From the NCBI GenBank assembly GCA_963677895.2, contig CAXXGJ010000038.1, positions 544,001-608,000 of the forward strand: a DNA stretch of 64,000 nt, given 5' to 3'. Positions within the stretch are counted from its first letter, which is position 1. Every line of letters starts with the position of its first letter. Origin of the DNA: Treponemataceae bacterium (lineage in GTDB: Bacteria > Spirochaetota > Spirochaetia > Treponematales > Rectinemataceae). The notes beneath the pieces were generated by a model, which saw only the letters and a program-made list of their open reading frames with translations, was not told the origin of the DNA and did not search any database. Positions 19,422-29,061 of this stretch are shown here, piece after piece. A program made the position numbers and the translations under genes.

Positions 19422-21196
19422 ATAAGGCTCAAGCCATCTATACCGAGCTGACGGCCTGCCAGGATTGCTACAAATGCCTGAGGGAATGCCCCGTGAAGGC
19501 GATCCGCATCTCGGAAAACCACGCCAAGGTCATGGGAGAGCTATGCATCAACTGCGGGCACTGCGTCGAAGTCTGTCCCCAGAAAGCGAAAAAAGTGAGG
19601 AGCGACCTGGAGCGGGCCAAGATACTGGTCCGGCTCAGGGCTAAGTCCGTGCTTTCCATAGCGCCTTCCTTCGCCGCCGAATTTCCCGGCCTGCCTATGG
19701 AAAACGTCGTCGCCGCGATCAAGGCTTTGGGTTTCCATGCCGTCTCGGAAACATCCTTCGGCGCCGACCTCGTATCGGCCGAGCTTTGCCGTTCCATGAA
19801 AAAGAATAAACCCGGGATCCTCATCTCCTCGGCCTGCCCTTCCGTCGTTCAATACATCCATAAGTACCTGCCGGCGTTTTCGGGCTATATCGCCGATGTC
19901 TGTTCGCCCATGGTCGCCCACGGAAGGTACCTGAAGAACATGCTCGGACAGGATACGGCGGTCATCTTCGCCGGCCCCTGCATAGCGAAAAAGACCGAAG
20001 CAGACGGTTCGGAAGGCGCGATCGACGTCGCGCTGACCTTCTGCGAGCTGCGCGCGTGGCTGGAAGAGGAAAAAATCGACATAAAGACCATTCAGCCCAC
20101 GAACGACGACCACCTATTCCCCAAAAGATCCTTCCACGGGGCGCTCTACCCTATCGAAGGGGGCATGATCGCCTCGCTCAAGCATGCCGGGCTCCAGGAC
20201 GCGCATTGCATGACCTTCTCCGGGATCAGGCAGATCAGGGAGGCGATACAGGGCGGAGCGTTCGCTCTCGACGCCGACTTCCCCGCTGCCGGTGATAAAA
20301 CGCTTTTCATCGAACTGCTAGCTTGCGAAGGAGGCTGCATCAACGGCCCCAAATCCGCCCGCGGCTCCGGGACGATCGCCAAGAGGCTGCGTGTCCTGAC
20401 CTACGCCGACGCGCGGAAATATGAGGCTCCAGCCCTCTCGGGAGCGGGGATGCTCCTCCAGCCCCGCTCGCTCATGGAAGCGCCGGTGAAGGAGGAAGCC
20501 GTCTCCGACGAGAACCTGAGGCTGGCCCTGGCCTCGATCGGGAAATACGGCCATAAGGACGAACTGAACTGTTCGGGCTGCGGCTATGACTCCTGCCGGG
20601 CTTTCGCCAGGGCGATGCTGCTGGACAAGGCAGAAAAGACCATGTGCGTTTCCTACATGAGAAACCTGGCGCAGAAAAAGGCCAACGCTCTCCTCAAAGC
20701 CATGCCTTCGGCTGCTGTCGTCGTGGACGCATCGATGCGCGTGGTGGAGTCCAATAAGCCCTTCGCCGAGCTGCTCGGCGCCGAGGCGATGGCCATTTTC
20801 GAGGTCAGGCCGGCCATGGAACAGGCCGACATCAAGAAACTCGTGCCCTTCTGGCAAGCGTTTCAGGACGTGCTCACGGCCGGCCACGCCGATAGCCTCA
20901 CGTCGGACTTCCGCATAAAGGACAGGGTCATCCACGGCACCGTATTCAGCATAGAAAAGGGCCTCCTCGCCGGCGGATTGTTCCAGGACATAACCGCTCC
21001 CTGGATACAGAAGGACAGGGTCATCCACCAAGCGCGGACCGTCATGCGCCAGAACCTCAAGACGGTGCAGAAGATCGCCTATCTGCTGGGCGAAAACGCC
21101 GCCGACGCCGAATCGGCGCTCACGTCCATCATCGAATCCTTCCAGGCGCAGGGGCCGGGCGATTCCTACGACGATTCCGAAAGGACATCGCCTTGA
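19418..21196 (+). CDS. sensory [FeFe]-hydrogenase with PAS domain (HfsB/HydS-like, group C)
   Basis: Two 4Fe-4S motifs, H-cluster motifs SSACPS / GPCIAKKTE / ELLACEGGCINGP, FeS domain CSGCGYDSC, C-terminal PAS. Confidence 0.88.
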   Translation: MNKAQAIYTELTACQDCYKCLRECPVKAIRISENHAKVMGELCINCGHCVEVCPQKAKKVRSDLERAKILVRLRAKSVLSIAPSFAAEFPGLPMENVVAAIKALGFHAVSETSFGADLVSAELCRSMKKNKPGILISSACPSVVQYIHKYLPAFSGYIADVCSPMVAHGRYLKNMLGQDTAVIFAGPCIAKKTEADGSEGAIDVALTFCELRAWLEEEKIDIKTIQPTNDDHLFPKRSFHGALYPIEGGMIASLKHAGLQDAHCMTFSGIRQIREAIQGGAFALDADFPAAGDKTLFIELLACEGGCINGPKSARGSGTIAKRLRVLTYADARKYEAPALSGAGMLLQPRSLMEAPVKEEAVSDENLRLALASIGKYGHKDELNCSGCGYDSCRAFARAMLLDKAEKTMCVSYMRNLAQKKANALLKAMPSAAVVVDASMRVVESNKPFAELLGAEAMAIFEVRPAMEQADIKKLVPFWQAFQDVLTAGHADSLTSDFRIKDRVIHGTVFSIEKGLLAGGLFQDITAPWIQKDRVIHQARTVMRQNLKTVQKIAYLLGENAADAESALTSIIESFQAQGPGDSYDDSERTSP

Positions 21197-22389
21197 TCCG
21201 GAACTTCGTAGAGATCGGCAACTATCAGCTGGCGAAACAGGGCGAACTGGCCGCCGGCGACGTATTCATGTCGAGAAAGCTTCACGATTCCGACAGGATA
21301 ATCTCGGTTCTGTCCGACGGTCTCGGCTCAGGCATAAAGGCCGGCGTGCTGGCTACGCTCACCGCCACCCTCGCCACGGGCTGCATCGCCTCCGACATGC
21401 CCATCAGGAAGACCGCCAGGCTCATCATGAAATCCCTGCCCGTGTGTTCCGAACGGAAGATAAGCTACTCGACCTTCACGATCGTGGACATTGAGAAGGG
21501 GACGGAGGTCAGGATCATCGAATACGACAATCCTCCCTATCTTCTGATCAGGGAGGGCGTGGACCTGGAGCCGATTAAGGTCGACATCGCGGTCACGAAC
21601 AAGGAAAGCATAGGCCGACATCCAAAAAAACCCGTCCTTCATTGGTCCACGTTCAAGGCTCAATTCGGGGACAGGCTCATATTTTTCTCGGACGGCGTCA
21701 CGCAGGCGGGGATGGGTACCAAGGCCATGCCCCTGGGTTGGGGGCTGAAAGGAGTCCGCGATTTCACGAATGACTTGATCCGCTCCCGATCCGACATTTC
21801 GGCGAGGGAAATCGCCCGCGCCATCGCCCTCAGGGCGGCATACTATGACGGGGGAGAACCCAAGGACGACATCACCTGCACCACGGCCTATTTCAGGCAG
21901 GCGAGGCGCCTGCTGCTCGCGTCGGGGCCGCCCATCCATCCCGAGGATGACGGCGAGCTCGCGGCGAGCTTTTCCGCCTTCGAGGGAAAGAAGATCATCT
22001 GTGGAGGGACGACCGCCAACATCATCGCCCGGGAACTGAAAAAGCGCATCCGGGTGTCGCTCAAGGCTTCCGACCCCCTCATCCCTCCGCCATCGGCCAT
22101 GGAAGGCGCCGACCTCATAACCGAAGGGATTCTCACCCTCGGCAAGGTAATAGAGTACATCGAGCAGGACTCCAAGCCGGAAAGCCTCGACGAAAACGCC
22201 GCGGCGATGATCCTCCAGCTGCTCGTCGATTCCGACGAGATCGAATTCCTCGTCGGCACGAAGATAAACGAGGCCCACCAGGACCCGACCATGCCGGTCG
22301 AACTGGAGATACGAAGAAATGTCATCAAGCGACTGGCCGCCCTCCTCGAGGAGAAATACCTCAAGGAAGTCGCGGTACGGTTCATCTAA
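21193..22389 (+). CDS. SpoIIE/PP2C-family Ser/Thr phosphatase (HfsC-like)
   Basis: LSDGLGSGIKA, YSTFTI, FSDGVTQAG, KDDIT, CGGTTA. Confidence 0.88.
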   Translation: MIRNFVEIGNYQLAKQGELAAGDVFMSRKLHDSDRIISVLSDGLGSGIKAGVLATLTATLATGCIASDMPIRKTARLIMKSLPVCSERKISYSTFTIVDIEKGTEVRIIEYDNPPYLLIREGVDLEPIKVDIAVTNKESIGRHPKKPVLHWSTFKAQFGDRLIFFSDGVTQAGMGTKAMPLGWGLKGVRDFTNDLIRSRSDISAREIARAIALRAAYYDGGEPKDDITCTTAYFRQARRLLLASGPPIHPEDDGELAASFSAFEGKKIICGGTTANIIARELKKRIRVSLKASDPLIPPPSAMEGADLITEGILTLGKVIEYIEQDSKPESLDENAAAMILQLLVDSDEIEFLVGTKINEAHQDPTMPVELEIRRNVIKRLAALLEEKYLKEVAVRFI

Positions 22390-22408
22390 ATAGAAGCGGA
22401 GATGCATC

Positions 22409-22684
22409 ATGCGAAAAGCGAAAGTGACGATCTGCGTCGGCACGGCCTGCTATGTCCTCGGCGGAGCGGAAATCCTGAGCCAGCTCGAGGAGCTGAAAGC
22501 CGCCTTTGGCGACAAGGTGGAATGGGACGGCGCGCCATGCCTGGGTCTCTGCAAGTGCGGCAAGGAAAACAAGGCGCCTTTCGCAACGGTAAACGGCAAG
22601 GTCGTCGAGAAAGCGACCTTAGCGGCGCTTGAAGCTTCCATTCGCGAAGCGCTGGCAGGCGACGAAGATGGCCAGGGAAAATAA
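22409..22684 (+). CDS. thioredoxin-like [2Fe-2S] protein
   Basis: CVGTAC...CLGLC..AP..VNG. Confidence 0.75.
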   Translation: MRKAKVTICVGTACYVLGGAEILSQLEELKAAFGDKVEWDGAPCLGLCKCGKENKAPFATVNGKVVEKATLAALEASIREALAGDEDGQGK

Positions 22685-24164
22685 CGCCGTCAAGCTCAGG
22701 CGCGAGCTGCTGTTCAGGATCGCCAGGCTCATGCTGGAAAACAGGCTGGAAGCCGACATAGACGGCATTCCCTTCGAGACAACCAGGGATGGCTGGGAAA
22801 TCATCCGCTGCTGCGTCCATCACGACAGGGCGCTGATTCGCCTCAGGCTTCTGGGCATGCTCGGTTTCTCGGCGGAAAAAATGTCCGACGTGGAACGGCC
22901 CCTGAGGGAATATGCCGCCGAGGCGATGAAAGCGGGGCGCCAGGAAGCCTTCCCGCTGACGATGATAACCGAGGCCTGCAATTCCTGCGCCAAGACGCGC
23001 TACCTCGTCACCGATGCCTGCCAGGGCTGTTTCGCCCGCCCATGCAAGACAGGCTGCCCCAGGAACGCGGTCAGCGTCGAGGGGGACCGATCCCGTATCG
23101 ATCCCGAACGCTGCGTGAACTGCGGGCTCTGCGAAAAAGCCTGTCCCTTCCACGCCATCATAAAGGTGCCCGTCCCCTGCGAGGAAACCTGTCCTGTGGG
23201 GGCGATCAGGAAAGGCGATGATGGCACGGCCGCCATCGATGAGGAAAAATGCATTCTCTGCGGAAGATGCGTGAACTCATGTCCTTTCGGCGCTCCCGTA
23301 GAGAAATCGGAGCTCGTGCGCGTCATGGCGGCGATTAGCGAGAAAAAATACGTGACCGCCATCGTCGCCCCCGCGGCTATGGCGCAGTTCCCCTTCTCCG
23401 CGGGGCAGTTCGCGGCTTCCCTCCTCCGCCTCGGTTTTGCCGAGGTGATGGAAGCGGCCGAGGCGGCCGATCTCGTGGCCGCGGAGGAAGCGAAAGAGCT
23501 GGCGGAGCGATTCTCCAAGGGAGACGGTTTTCTCGCGACTTCATGCTGCCCGTCATGGACAAGGGCCGCGCGAAGCATCCCGGCGGTGGCTCAGTATGTC
23601 TCCACTACGCCAAGTCCGATGATCGTGGCCGGGAGGCTCGCGAAAAAGCGAAAAGCCGAGACTTTTACGGTTTTTATCGGTCCCTGCGTCGCCAAGAAGT
23701 GGGAAGCCCGGAACAGCGCCATAAACGCGATCGACGCGAACGGGATCAGTGCCAACGCGATCGACGCGGTCCTTAGCTCCGAGGAAGTGGGAACCATGCT
23801 CATCGCGGCATCGATCCAGGTCAACGAGGAAAAGGAAATCGTTCTTTCCGGCGCTTCGCCCCTGGGAAGGGGTTTTGGGGCGTCAGGCGGCGTGGCGGCC
23901 GCGGTTACCAGGGAACTGGCGAAGCTGGCGGAAGGAGGCTTCTGTGTACCCGATGTCGAGGCTGTGGCAGTCTCGGGGCTCACGAAAGAAAACTTGACTG
24001 CAATAGCCGCCATGAAGCCGCAGCCGAAGGGAAAAGCCAAGCTGCTCGAGGTGATGGCCTGCGACGGAGGCTGCGTCAACGGCCCCTGCTCCATCGCCAA
24101 CGCCAAATCCGCGAAAGTTTTTCTCGAAAAATACAAGTTCAGCGGGACCGGACCGGCGAGCTAG
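22668..24164 (+). CDS. monomeric [FeFe]-hydrogenase (HfsD-like)
   Basis: RCCVH, several 4Fe-4S motifs, H-cluster TSCCPSW / GPCVAKKWE / EVMACDGGCVNGP. Confidence 0.88.
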   Translation: MARENNAVKLRRELLFRIARLMLENRLEADIDGIPFETTRDGWEIIRCCVHHDRALIRLRLLGMLGFSAEKMSDVERPLREYAAEAMKAGRQEAFPLTMITEACNSCAKTRYLVTDACQGCFARPCKTGCPRNAVSVEGDRSRIDPERCVNCGLCEKACPFHAIIKVPVPCEETCPVGAIRKGDDGTAAIDEEKCILCGRCVNSCPFGAPVEKSELVRVMAAISEKKYVTAIVAPAAMAQFPFSAGQFAASLLRLGFAEVMEAAEAADLVAAEEAKELAERFSKGDGFLATSCCPSWTRAARSIPAVAQYVSTTPSPMIVAGRLAKKRKAETFTVFIGPCVAKKWEARNSAINAIDANGISANAIDAVLSSEEVGTMLIAASIQVNEEKEIVLSGASPLGRGFGASGGVAAAVTRELAKLAEGGFCVPDVEAVAVSGLTKENLTAIAAMKPQPKGKAKLLEVMACDGGCVNGPCSIANAKSAKVFLEKYKFSGTGPAS

Positions 24165-25001
24165 TTAGACGGGAAGTGACTTTTTCGCGATGGAAGCGAG
24201 TCCCTCCATCACGAGGTTGGGGACGAAGCTGCCCCTGCCCGACCTCTTCAGGAATTCGCGCCCAATCTCGTCGCCCGTTCCATATACGACGACGGCGCCC
24301 GCGCCAAGCGCCTGCATCTCTTCCGTCATCGTTTCCAGCATATGAAGGATGAGGCCTTCGTATCCCAGAAGAATACCGGAACGCACGGATTCGCCCGTCG
24401 AACGGCCTATCGAGCGCGAGGGAAATTCCAGCTTCACCTCGGGAATCTGGACAGCCTGAAGCCTCAAGGTTTCGGCGCAGGTCTCGGGTCCGGGAACGAT
24501 CGCGGCGCCGAGGAATTCGCCTGCCTGATTCACGGCTGAGAAGGTGATCGCCACGCCGAAATCGACGACGATGAAAGCCGAGCTCGTCAGGTCACGGCCG
24601 GCGGCCGCGGCGCAGACAAGATCGCTCCCCAGTTCGGAGGGCAGGTCGGTCCGGATCTTGATGCCGGTCTTGACGCCCGGACCGACGACATGAACCTCGC
24701 AGCCGAATACTTCCTTGGCCGAAGCGGTCAGCAGGGGTGTGAGCGAAGGCACGACACTGGAGATCCAGACCGAATCCGCCTTGGCGGCGGGAGCAGTCGC
24801 GCTGAAAGCGGCGGAGGCTGCCTTACTAAAAGACGCCTTGCCGGATTCCAGGATTTCCTGCAGAAAATGCCGGAAGAGCATGGAATATTCGTCGGAGGTT
24901 CTCTGATAGAGCGCTCCGATTCTGCGGATCGCCCTCCAGGCTCCATTTTCATGGAAACCCACGGAAATGACCTTATTCCGGATATCGATCGTTACCAGCA
25001 T
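24165..25001 (-). CDS. coaX: type III pantothenate kinase
   Basis: LVTIDIRN, ISSVVP, ELGSD, VVDFG, GAAIVPG, IGRST..SVRSG; next to pantothenate-type ECF genes. Confidence 0.82.
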   Translation of the reverse strand: MLVTIDIRNKVISVGFHENGAWRAIRRIGALYQRTSDEYSMLFRHFLQEILESGKASFSKAASAAFSATAPAAKADSVWISSVVPSLTPLLTASAKEVFGCEVHVVGPGVKTGIKIRTDLPSELGSDLVCAAAAGRDLTSSAFIVVDFGVAITFSAVNQAGEFLGAAIVPGPETCAETLRLQAVQIPEVKLEFPSRSIGRSTGESVRSGILLGYEGLILHMLETMTEEMQALGAGAVVVYGTGDEIGREFLKRSGRGSFVPNLVMEGLASIAKKSLPV

Positions 25002-25023
25002 TCTGTCCTCCGCTCAAACCTAG

Positions 25024-25626
25024 CTATTTCTTCTCCTCGTCCGCGAGACGAGCCTTGCCGCTCTTGGAACCAATGCCCCGCCATGCCGCGACCACGGCGA
25101 CCGTCAGCACGGCGGCCAGGGCCGCCTCGACAAAGCTGTTGGCTACGAACACCGAAGCCGCCGCGGCGAGTGGCAACGCGCCGAGTAGGACCAGGGCGCC
25201 CAGGACGAAGAGCGAGTTGGCGAGCGAGCCGACAATGGCCGCCGCCGCGGCGCCCAGCACCACTTTCTTCCTGCCGATAGCCTTGAAAGCCACCCAGGCC
25301 AACAGCCCGACGAGGATGCGCGGCACCACGGAAACGAGGGGATTCGTGAAAAAGACGTCGATAGGCCCCTGGGGAGCCGTGGCCGCCTTTATGAGGCTCG
25401 TGACGCCGAAAATGCCGCCGATTATGGCCCCCGCCACCGGTCCTTCCAGCACGGCGCCCAGAATGGCGGGAACATGCATGACCGTCAGCGAAGCCCCCGC
25501 CACCCATGGAATGTAGCCGAAAGGCGTGAGAAAAAGCGCGATGGAGACGGCGCTCAAGGCTCCCGTCACGATGGTCGTGCGAATCAGGGAATTAGTTCCC
25601 CTGGTTTCGCCTTTGGATTCAGACAT
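25024..25626 (-). CDS. ECF transporter S component (PanT-like)
   Basis: TPFGYIP, TVMHVPAILGAVLEGP, FTNPLVSVVPRIL. Confidence 0.85.
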   Translation of the reverse strand: MSESKGETRGTNSLIRTTIVTGALSAVSIALFLTPFGYIPWVAGASLTVMHVPAILGAVLEGPVAGAIIGGIFGVTSLIKAATAPQGPIDVFFTNPLVSVVPRILVGLLAWVAFKAIGRKKVVLGAAAAAIVGSLANSLFVLGALVLLGALPLAAAASVFVANSFVEAALAAVLTVAVVAAWRGIGSKSGKARLADEEKK

Positions 25627-25651
25627 ATCGTCCTCCCTGCCTGGTAGCCGC

Positions 25652-26506
25652 CTAGAAAGGTCGAATCCAGGCTTTTATATAGACATTGTCCGCAATCAGG
25701 ACAATGATCGAAAAACCGACGACCAAAACCGCGGAAAGCGCGTCGCCCCGAACGGCGGGCCGACGGGGAGGAAGGGTCCTGCCCTCCCCCGTATAGCAGC
25801 GCGCCTCCATGGCCTCTGCCAGAAGCTCGGCCCGCTCCAGCGCCCGGATCGTCACCGGCACGAAAAGCGGCGCGTAGGCCTTCGCCTTAGCGATGATGTT
25901 CTTTCTGCCGGAACCGAAATCGGCGCCCCTGGACGCCTGCGCTTTCACGATTTCCTCCAGCTCGCCTGCCACGATCGGAACGAAGCGGATGGACGTGGCT
26001 GCGGCGAGGGACAGGCGATGGACGAAGGCAACCTTGCCGCTCAAGCGGCGCAGGATGTCCTCGATGCCCCGCGCCGCGTCGGATTCGGTCGTAACCGAGG
26101 TGAACCATCCGACGATGATCATCATGCCGGAAGATCGCAGCAGGATGAGGGATACGATCCAGAGTTCGTGCATCGTGAAGGAAAGAGGCCCGATGGAGAG
26201 AAGGGAAACGGAAAGATCGCCGGGCCAGCGGAAGAGGAATTGAAGGACCGCGGTCAGGATCAACACGGGGAAGATGGGTTTCAGCGTCCGAAGCAGGAAC
26301 GGCACGGGTATCCTAGAGGCCGCGGCGAGGCCGAGCGACAAAAATATGACCAAGGCCACCGCGAGCGGTGTCGGCGCGGCTATCGCGACCGCGGAGAGGG
26401 CCAGCAGGAATACGTATTTCGTCGAGGGACGTAGGCCGTGAAACCACGAACCCGAGTCGATATATTGGCCGATGCCGATATTCCTGAAAAATTCCAGATT
26501 CTTCAT
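25652..26506 (-). CDS. ecfT: ECF transporter T component
   Basis: IRFVP...AQASRGADF and LAEAMEARCY motifs. Confidence 0.88.
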   Translation of the reverse strand: MKNLEFFRNIGIGQYIDSGSWFHGLRPSTKYVFLLALSAVAIAAPTPLAVALVIFLSLGLAAASRIPVPFLLRTLKPIFPVLILTAVLQFLFRWPGDLSVSLLSIGPLSFTMHELWIVSLILLRSSGMMIIVGWFTSVTTESDAARGIEDILRRLSGKVAFVHRLSLAAATSIRFVPIVAGELEEIVKAQASRGADFGSGRKNIIAKAKAYAPLFVPVTIRALERAELLAEAMEARCYTGEGRTLPPRRPAVRGDALSAVLVVGFSIIVLIADNVYIKAWIRPF

Positions 26507-28305
26507 GCCGGGCCTCCGCTCAAGGGTGCGGCGACGGCTTGCCCCGGGACCGACGAGAGCCCCAGCGCATCGCGCAGAGCTTCCAGGGTCAAAGGATGCC
26601 CGTCGATATGGACGCCGAAGTCTTCCAGCCGCTTCGCGAGCTCGACGGCAAAGGGTAGCGCTATGCCCCAGCCCGGTTCGTAGCGATCGTAGAAGATATC
26701 CCGCGGCGAACCGAAATCGGCGAGCCGCCCGTCGCGGAAAACGGCGACCATATCGGCCAACGCCGCTTCCTCCATGGAGTGCGTGGCGAAAACCACCGTC
26801 CTCCCTTGCCGGGAAACCTGTTCAAGGAGGCCGAATACCGCCTTTTGCGAGGAGGGATCCAGAGCCGCGGTGGGTTCGTCGAGAAGGACTGCCTCGGATT
26901 CAAGGGCGAAGACGCCCGCGAGGGCGAGCTTTCGCTTTTCGCCCCCCGAAAGTCCGCGCGTCATCCGGTCGCGGAATGTGTCATAAGGAATGCCAGCCGA
27001 ATCCATCCACTTTCGCACCCTGTCGACGAGGGACGCCCCGGATATTCCCAGATTCCGGGGGCCGAAGGCGACGTCGTCGGCGGCGTAGATTTCGAAAAGC
27101 GCCGACTCGGGACGCTGGATCGATAGCGGGGCGGTGATTCTCAGTTTGCGGGCATCGAGCGAGGCGGATTTCGTATCCTGCCCGAAGCTGATGACGGAGC
27201 CCTGGGAGGGCTGGATCAATGAGTTGAAAAGCTGGAGCGCGGTGGACTTGCCGGAACCCGTCTTGCCCACCAGCGCGACTCGCCAGCCCCTCCGGACGGC
27301 GAAGGAAACATTTTCCAATGCCCTCACTTCTCCGGCTGTGCCACGCAGGTAGGAAAAGGATACATCCCTGAAGGAAAACACGGGCTCGGAGGCGGCTTCA
27401 TTTCGTACATCCGAGGCAGGCGAAGGCGCTGTTTCGGGGCTTGGATCTCGCGCCGACGCGATCCGCCCGGCCAGTGTTTCGATGTCCTCGTCGAGGGAAG
27501 GCCGCAAGCCGAACAATCCGGCCGCGGCGATGGTTTTTGGAAGATCGAAACCCATGGAAAGGGCGGCGATTCCGCCTCCGGCAGGGGTCGCCGGCGGATC
27601 GTCATCCGTCAAATTCGGAAGGTCCAGAAAAAACCGGGCAGAACTTCCGTCGTAAGCGATCCGCCCCGCCTCGAGGGCGATGATTCTTCCGGCGCGGGCG
27701 GCGTCATCCATATCGTGAGTCACGTGAACGACGGTCATCCCCTGGGTGACGAGCTCTTCCATGAGCCCGAGGACGGTCTGCTTGGTCTTCGGATCGAGCA
27801 TGGAGGTAGCCTCGTCGAAAACGAGGCATTCGGGATTCATCGCCAGAGCCCCGGCGATGGCGAGCTTCTGCTGCTGGCCGCCCGAGAGGGAGCGCGTAGG
27901 CCGCCCGCGCAGCTCGGTCATGCCCACCTTGTCGAGGGCCGCGGTAACTCGCCTTTCTATTTCCTCGTTGGGAAGCCCCAGATTGGAAGGACCGAAGGCC
28001 ACATCTTCCTCGACGCAGCTGGATACGATCTGATCCACGGGGGATTGAAAAACGAGAGCGACGGCGGAACGCACCGCGAACAAGGAGCCGCGGAGCGCGG
28101 GATCGAGCCCTTTCACGAGCACGCTGCCCGAATCGGAGGTCCGAAGTCCGTTGAACAGACGTACCAGCGTGCTCTTGCCCGAACCATTGTTGCCGACGAT
28201 GGCGACATATTCGCCCTTGTCGATGGAGAGGGAGACATCCTTCAATGCCTGGGTTCGGGAATCGGGATATTTGAAACTGACGGAATCGAGCTTTATCAGC
28301 GGCAT
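26503..28305 (-). CDS. ECF transporter fused ATPase (EcfA-EcfA')
   Basis: Two ABC domains: GNNGSGKST / LSGGQQQ / DE and GKTGSGKST / LSGGEKR / DEPT. Confidence 0.9.
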   Translation of the reverse strand: MPLIKLDSVSFKYPDSRTQALKDVSLSIDKGEYVAIVGNNGSGKSTLVRLFNGLRTSDSGSVLVKGLDPALRGSLFAVRSAVALVFQSPVDQIVSSCVEEDVAFGPSNLGLPNEEIERRVTAALDKVGMTELRGRPTRSLSGGQQQKLAIAGALAMNPECLVFDEATSMLDPKTKQTVLGLMEELVTQGMTVVHVTHDMDDAARAGRIIALEAGRIAYDGSSARFFLDLPNLTDDDPPATPAGGGIAALSMGFDLPKTIAAAGLFGLRPSLDEDIETLAGRIASARDPSPETAPSPASDVRNEAASEPVFSFRDVSFSYLRGTAGEVRALENVSFAVRRGWRVALVGKTGSGKSTALQLFNSLIQPSQGSVISFGQDTKSASLDARKLRITAPLSIQRPESALFEIYAADDVAFGPRNLGISGASLVDRVRKWMDSAGIPYDTFRDRMTRGLSGGEKRKLALAGVFALESEAVLLDEPTAALDPSSQKAVFGLLEQVSRQGRTVVFATHSMEEAALADMVAVFRDGRLADFGSPRDIFYDRYEPGWGIALPFAVELAKRLEDFGVHIDGHPLTLEALRDALGLSSVPGQAVAAPLSGGPA

Positions 28306-28453
28306 CTGGCCTTCCCTTGCAGAGGGGGCCGCGCGTTAATGTTCAAGGTTCACCTCACGTCTCGGCGACTTCGCGTCCAAGCGTATATCGCAATAATGCC
28401 GCTAGGCGCCGCGGGAGTCAAGTCGGGGAGCCGCGTGAAGCCTCCGGATGGGT

Positions 28454-28972
28454 CTAGGACAGGGCGCCTGGGCGGAAGAACAGACCATCGGTCACAAAAT
28501 GAATCCTTTCCTTCCAGGCTCCTTCGATCGCCTCGGCATGGAGGGTGTCGCCCATGACGATCGCCGAAGTGCCCTCCAGGACCAGACCGGAAAGGGAACA
28601 TTCCATCCATCCGACGACTCCGGCCGGAATTTTCACGTCGACGCGTTTGCCGTGAAAAGCTTCTATGCCCAATTCATCGTATTTATCGACATCCTTGCCC
28701 GAGATCGATCCGGATCGGTTCACCAGGTCTTTTTGATCGACGCCCGGCAGGGCGATGGCGAACACTTTCGAAACTTCCAGATCCTTGAAGGTTCTGTGGC
28801 TTATATCAAGAACGCAGATAAACCGAGAAATAGGATCGTAGTCCAGGGGACAACACCAGGCTACTGGGGCGAGATCGTATCGGCCATCTTGGCCTTTCGT
28901 GCAGATGAGAACTATTCCCCCGGCATTTTGAAGCGTATAAGCTTCCTTCGGCGCGACAACCCTGTATTCCAT
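28454..28972 (-). CDS. flavin reductase family protein
   Basis: DLAPVAW, SGSISGKDVDK, WMEC; ATG at 28972 after GGAGG. Confidence 0.75.
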   Translation of the reverse strand: MEYRVVAPKEAYTLQNAGGIVLICTKGQDGRYDLAPVAWCCPLDYDPISRFICVLDISHRTFKDLEVSKVFAIALPGVDQKDLVNRSGSISGKDVDKYDELGIEAFHGKRVDVKIPAGVVGWMECSLSGLVLEGTSAIVMGDTLHAEAIEGAWKERIHFVTDGLFFRPGALS

Positions 28973-29061
28973 TCCGGACCTCCCTGCCTTCGCGTTTCCG
29001 TGCCTTTCAAATCTATCACACGGTGATGGACAGAAAGAAGCGCCGCGGGGATAATCCATGC

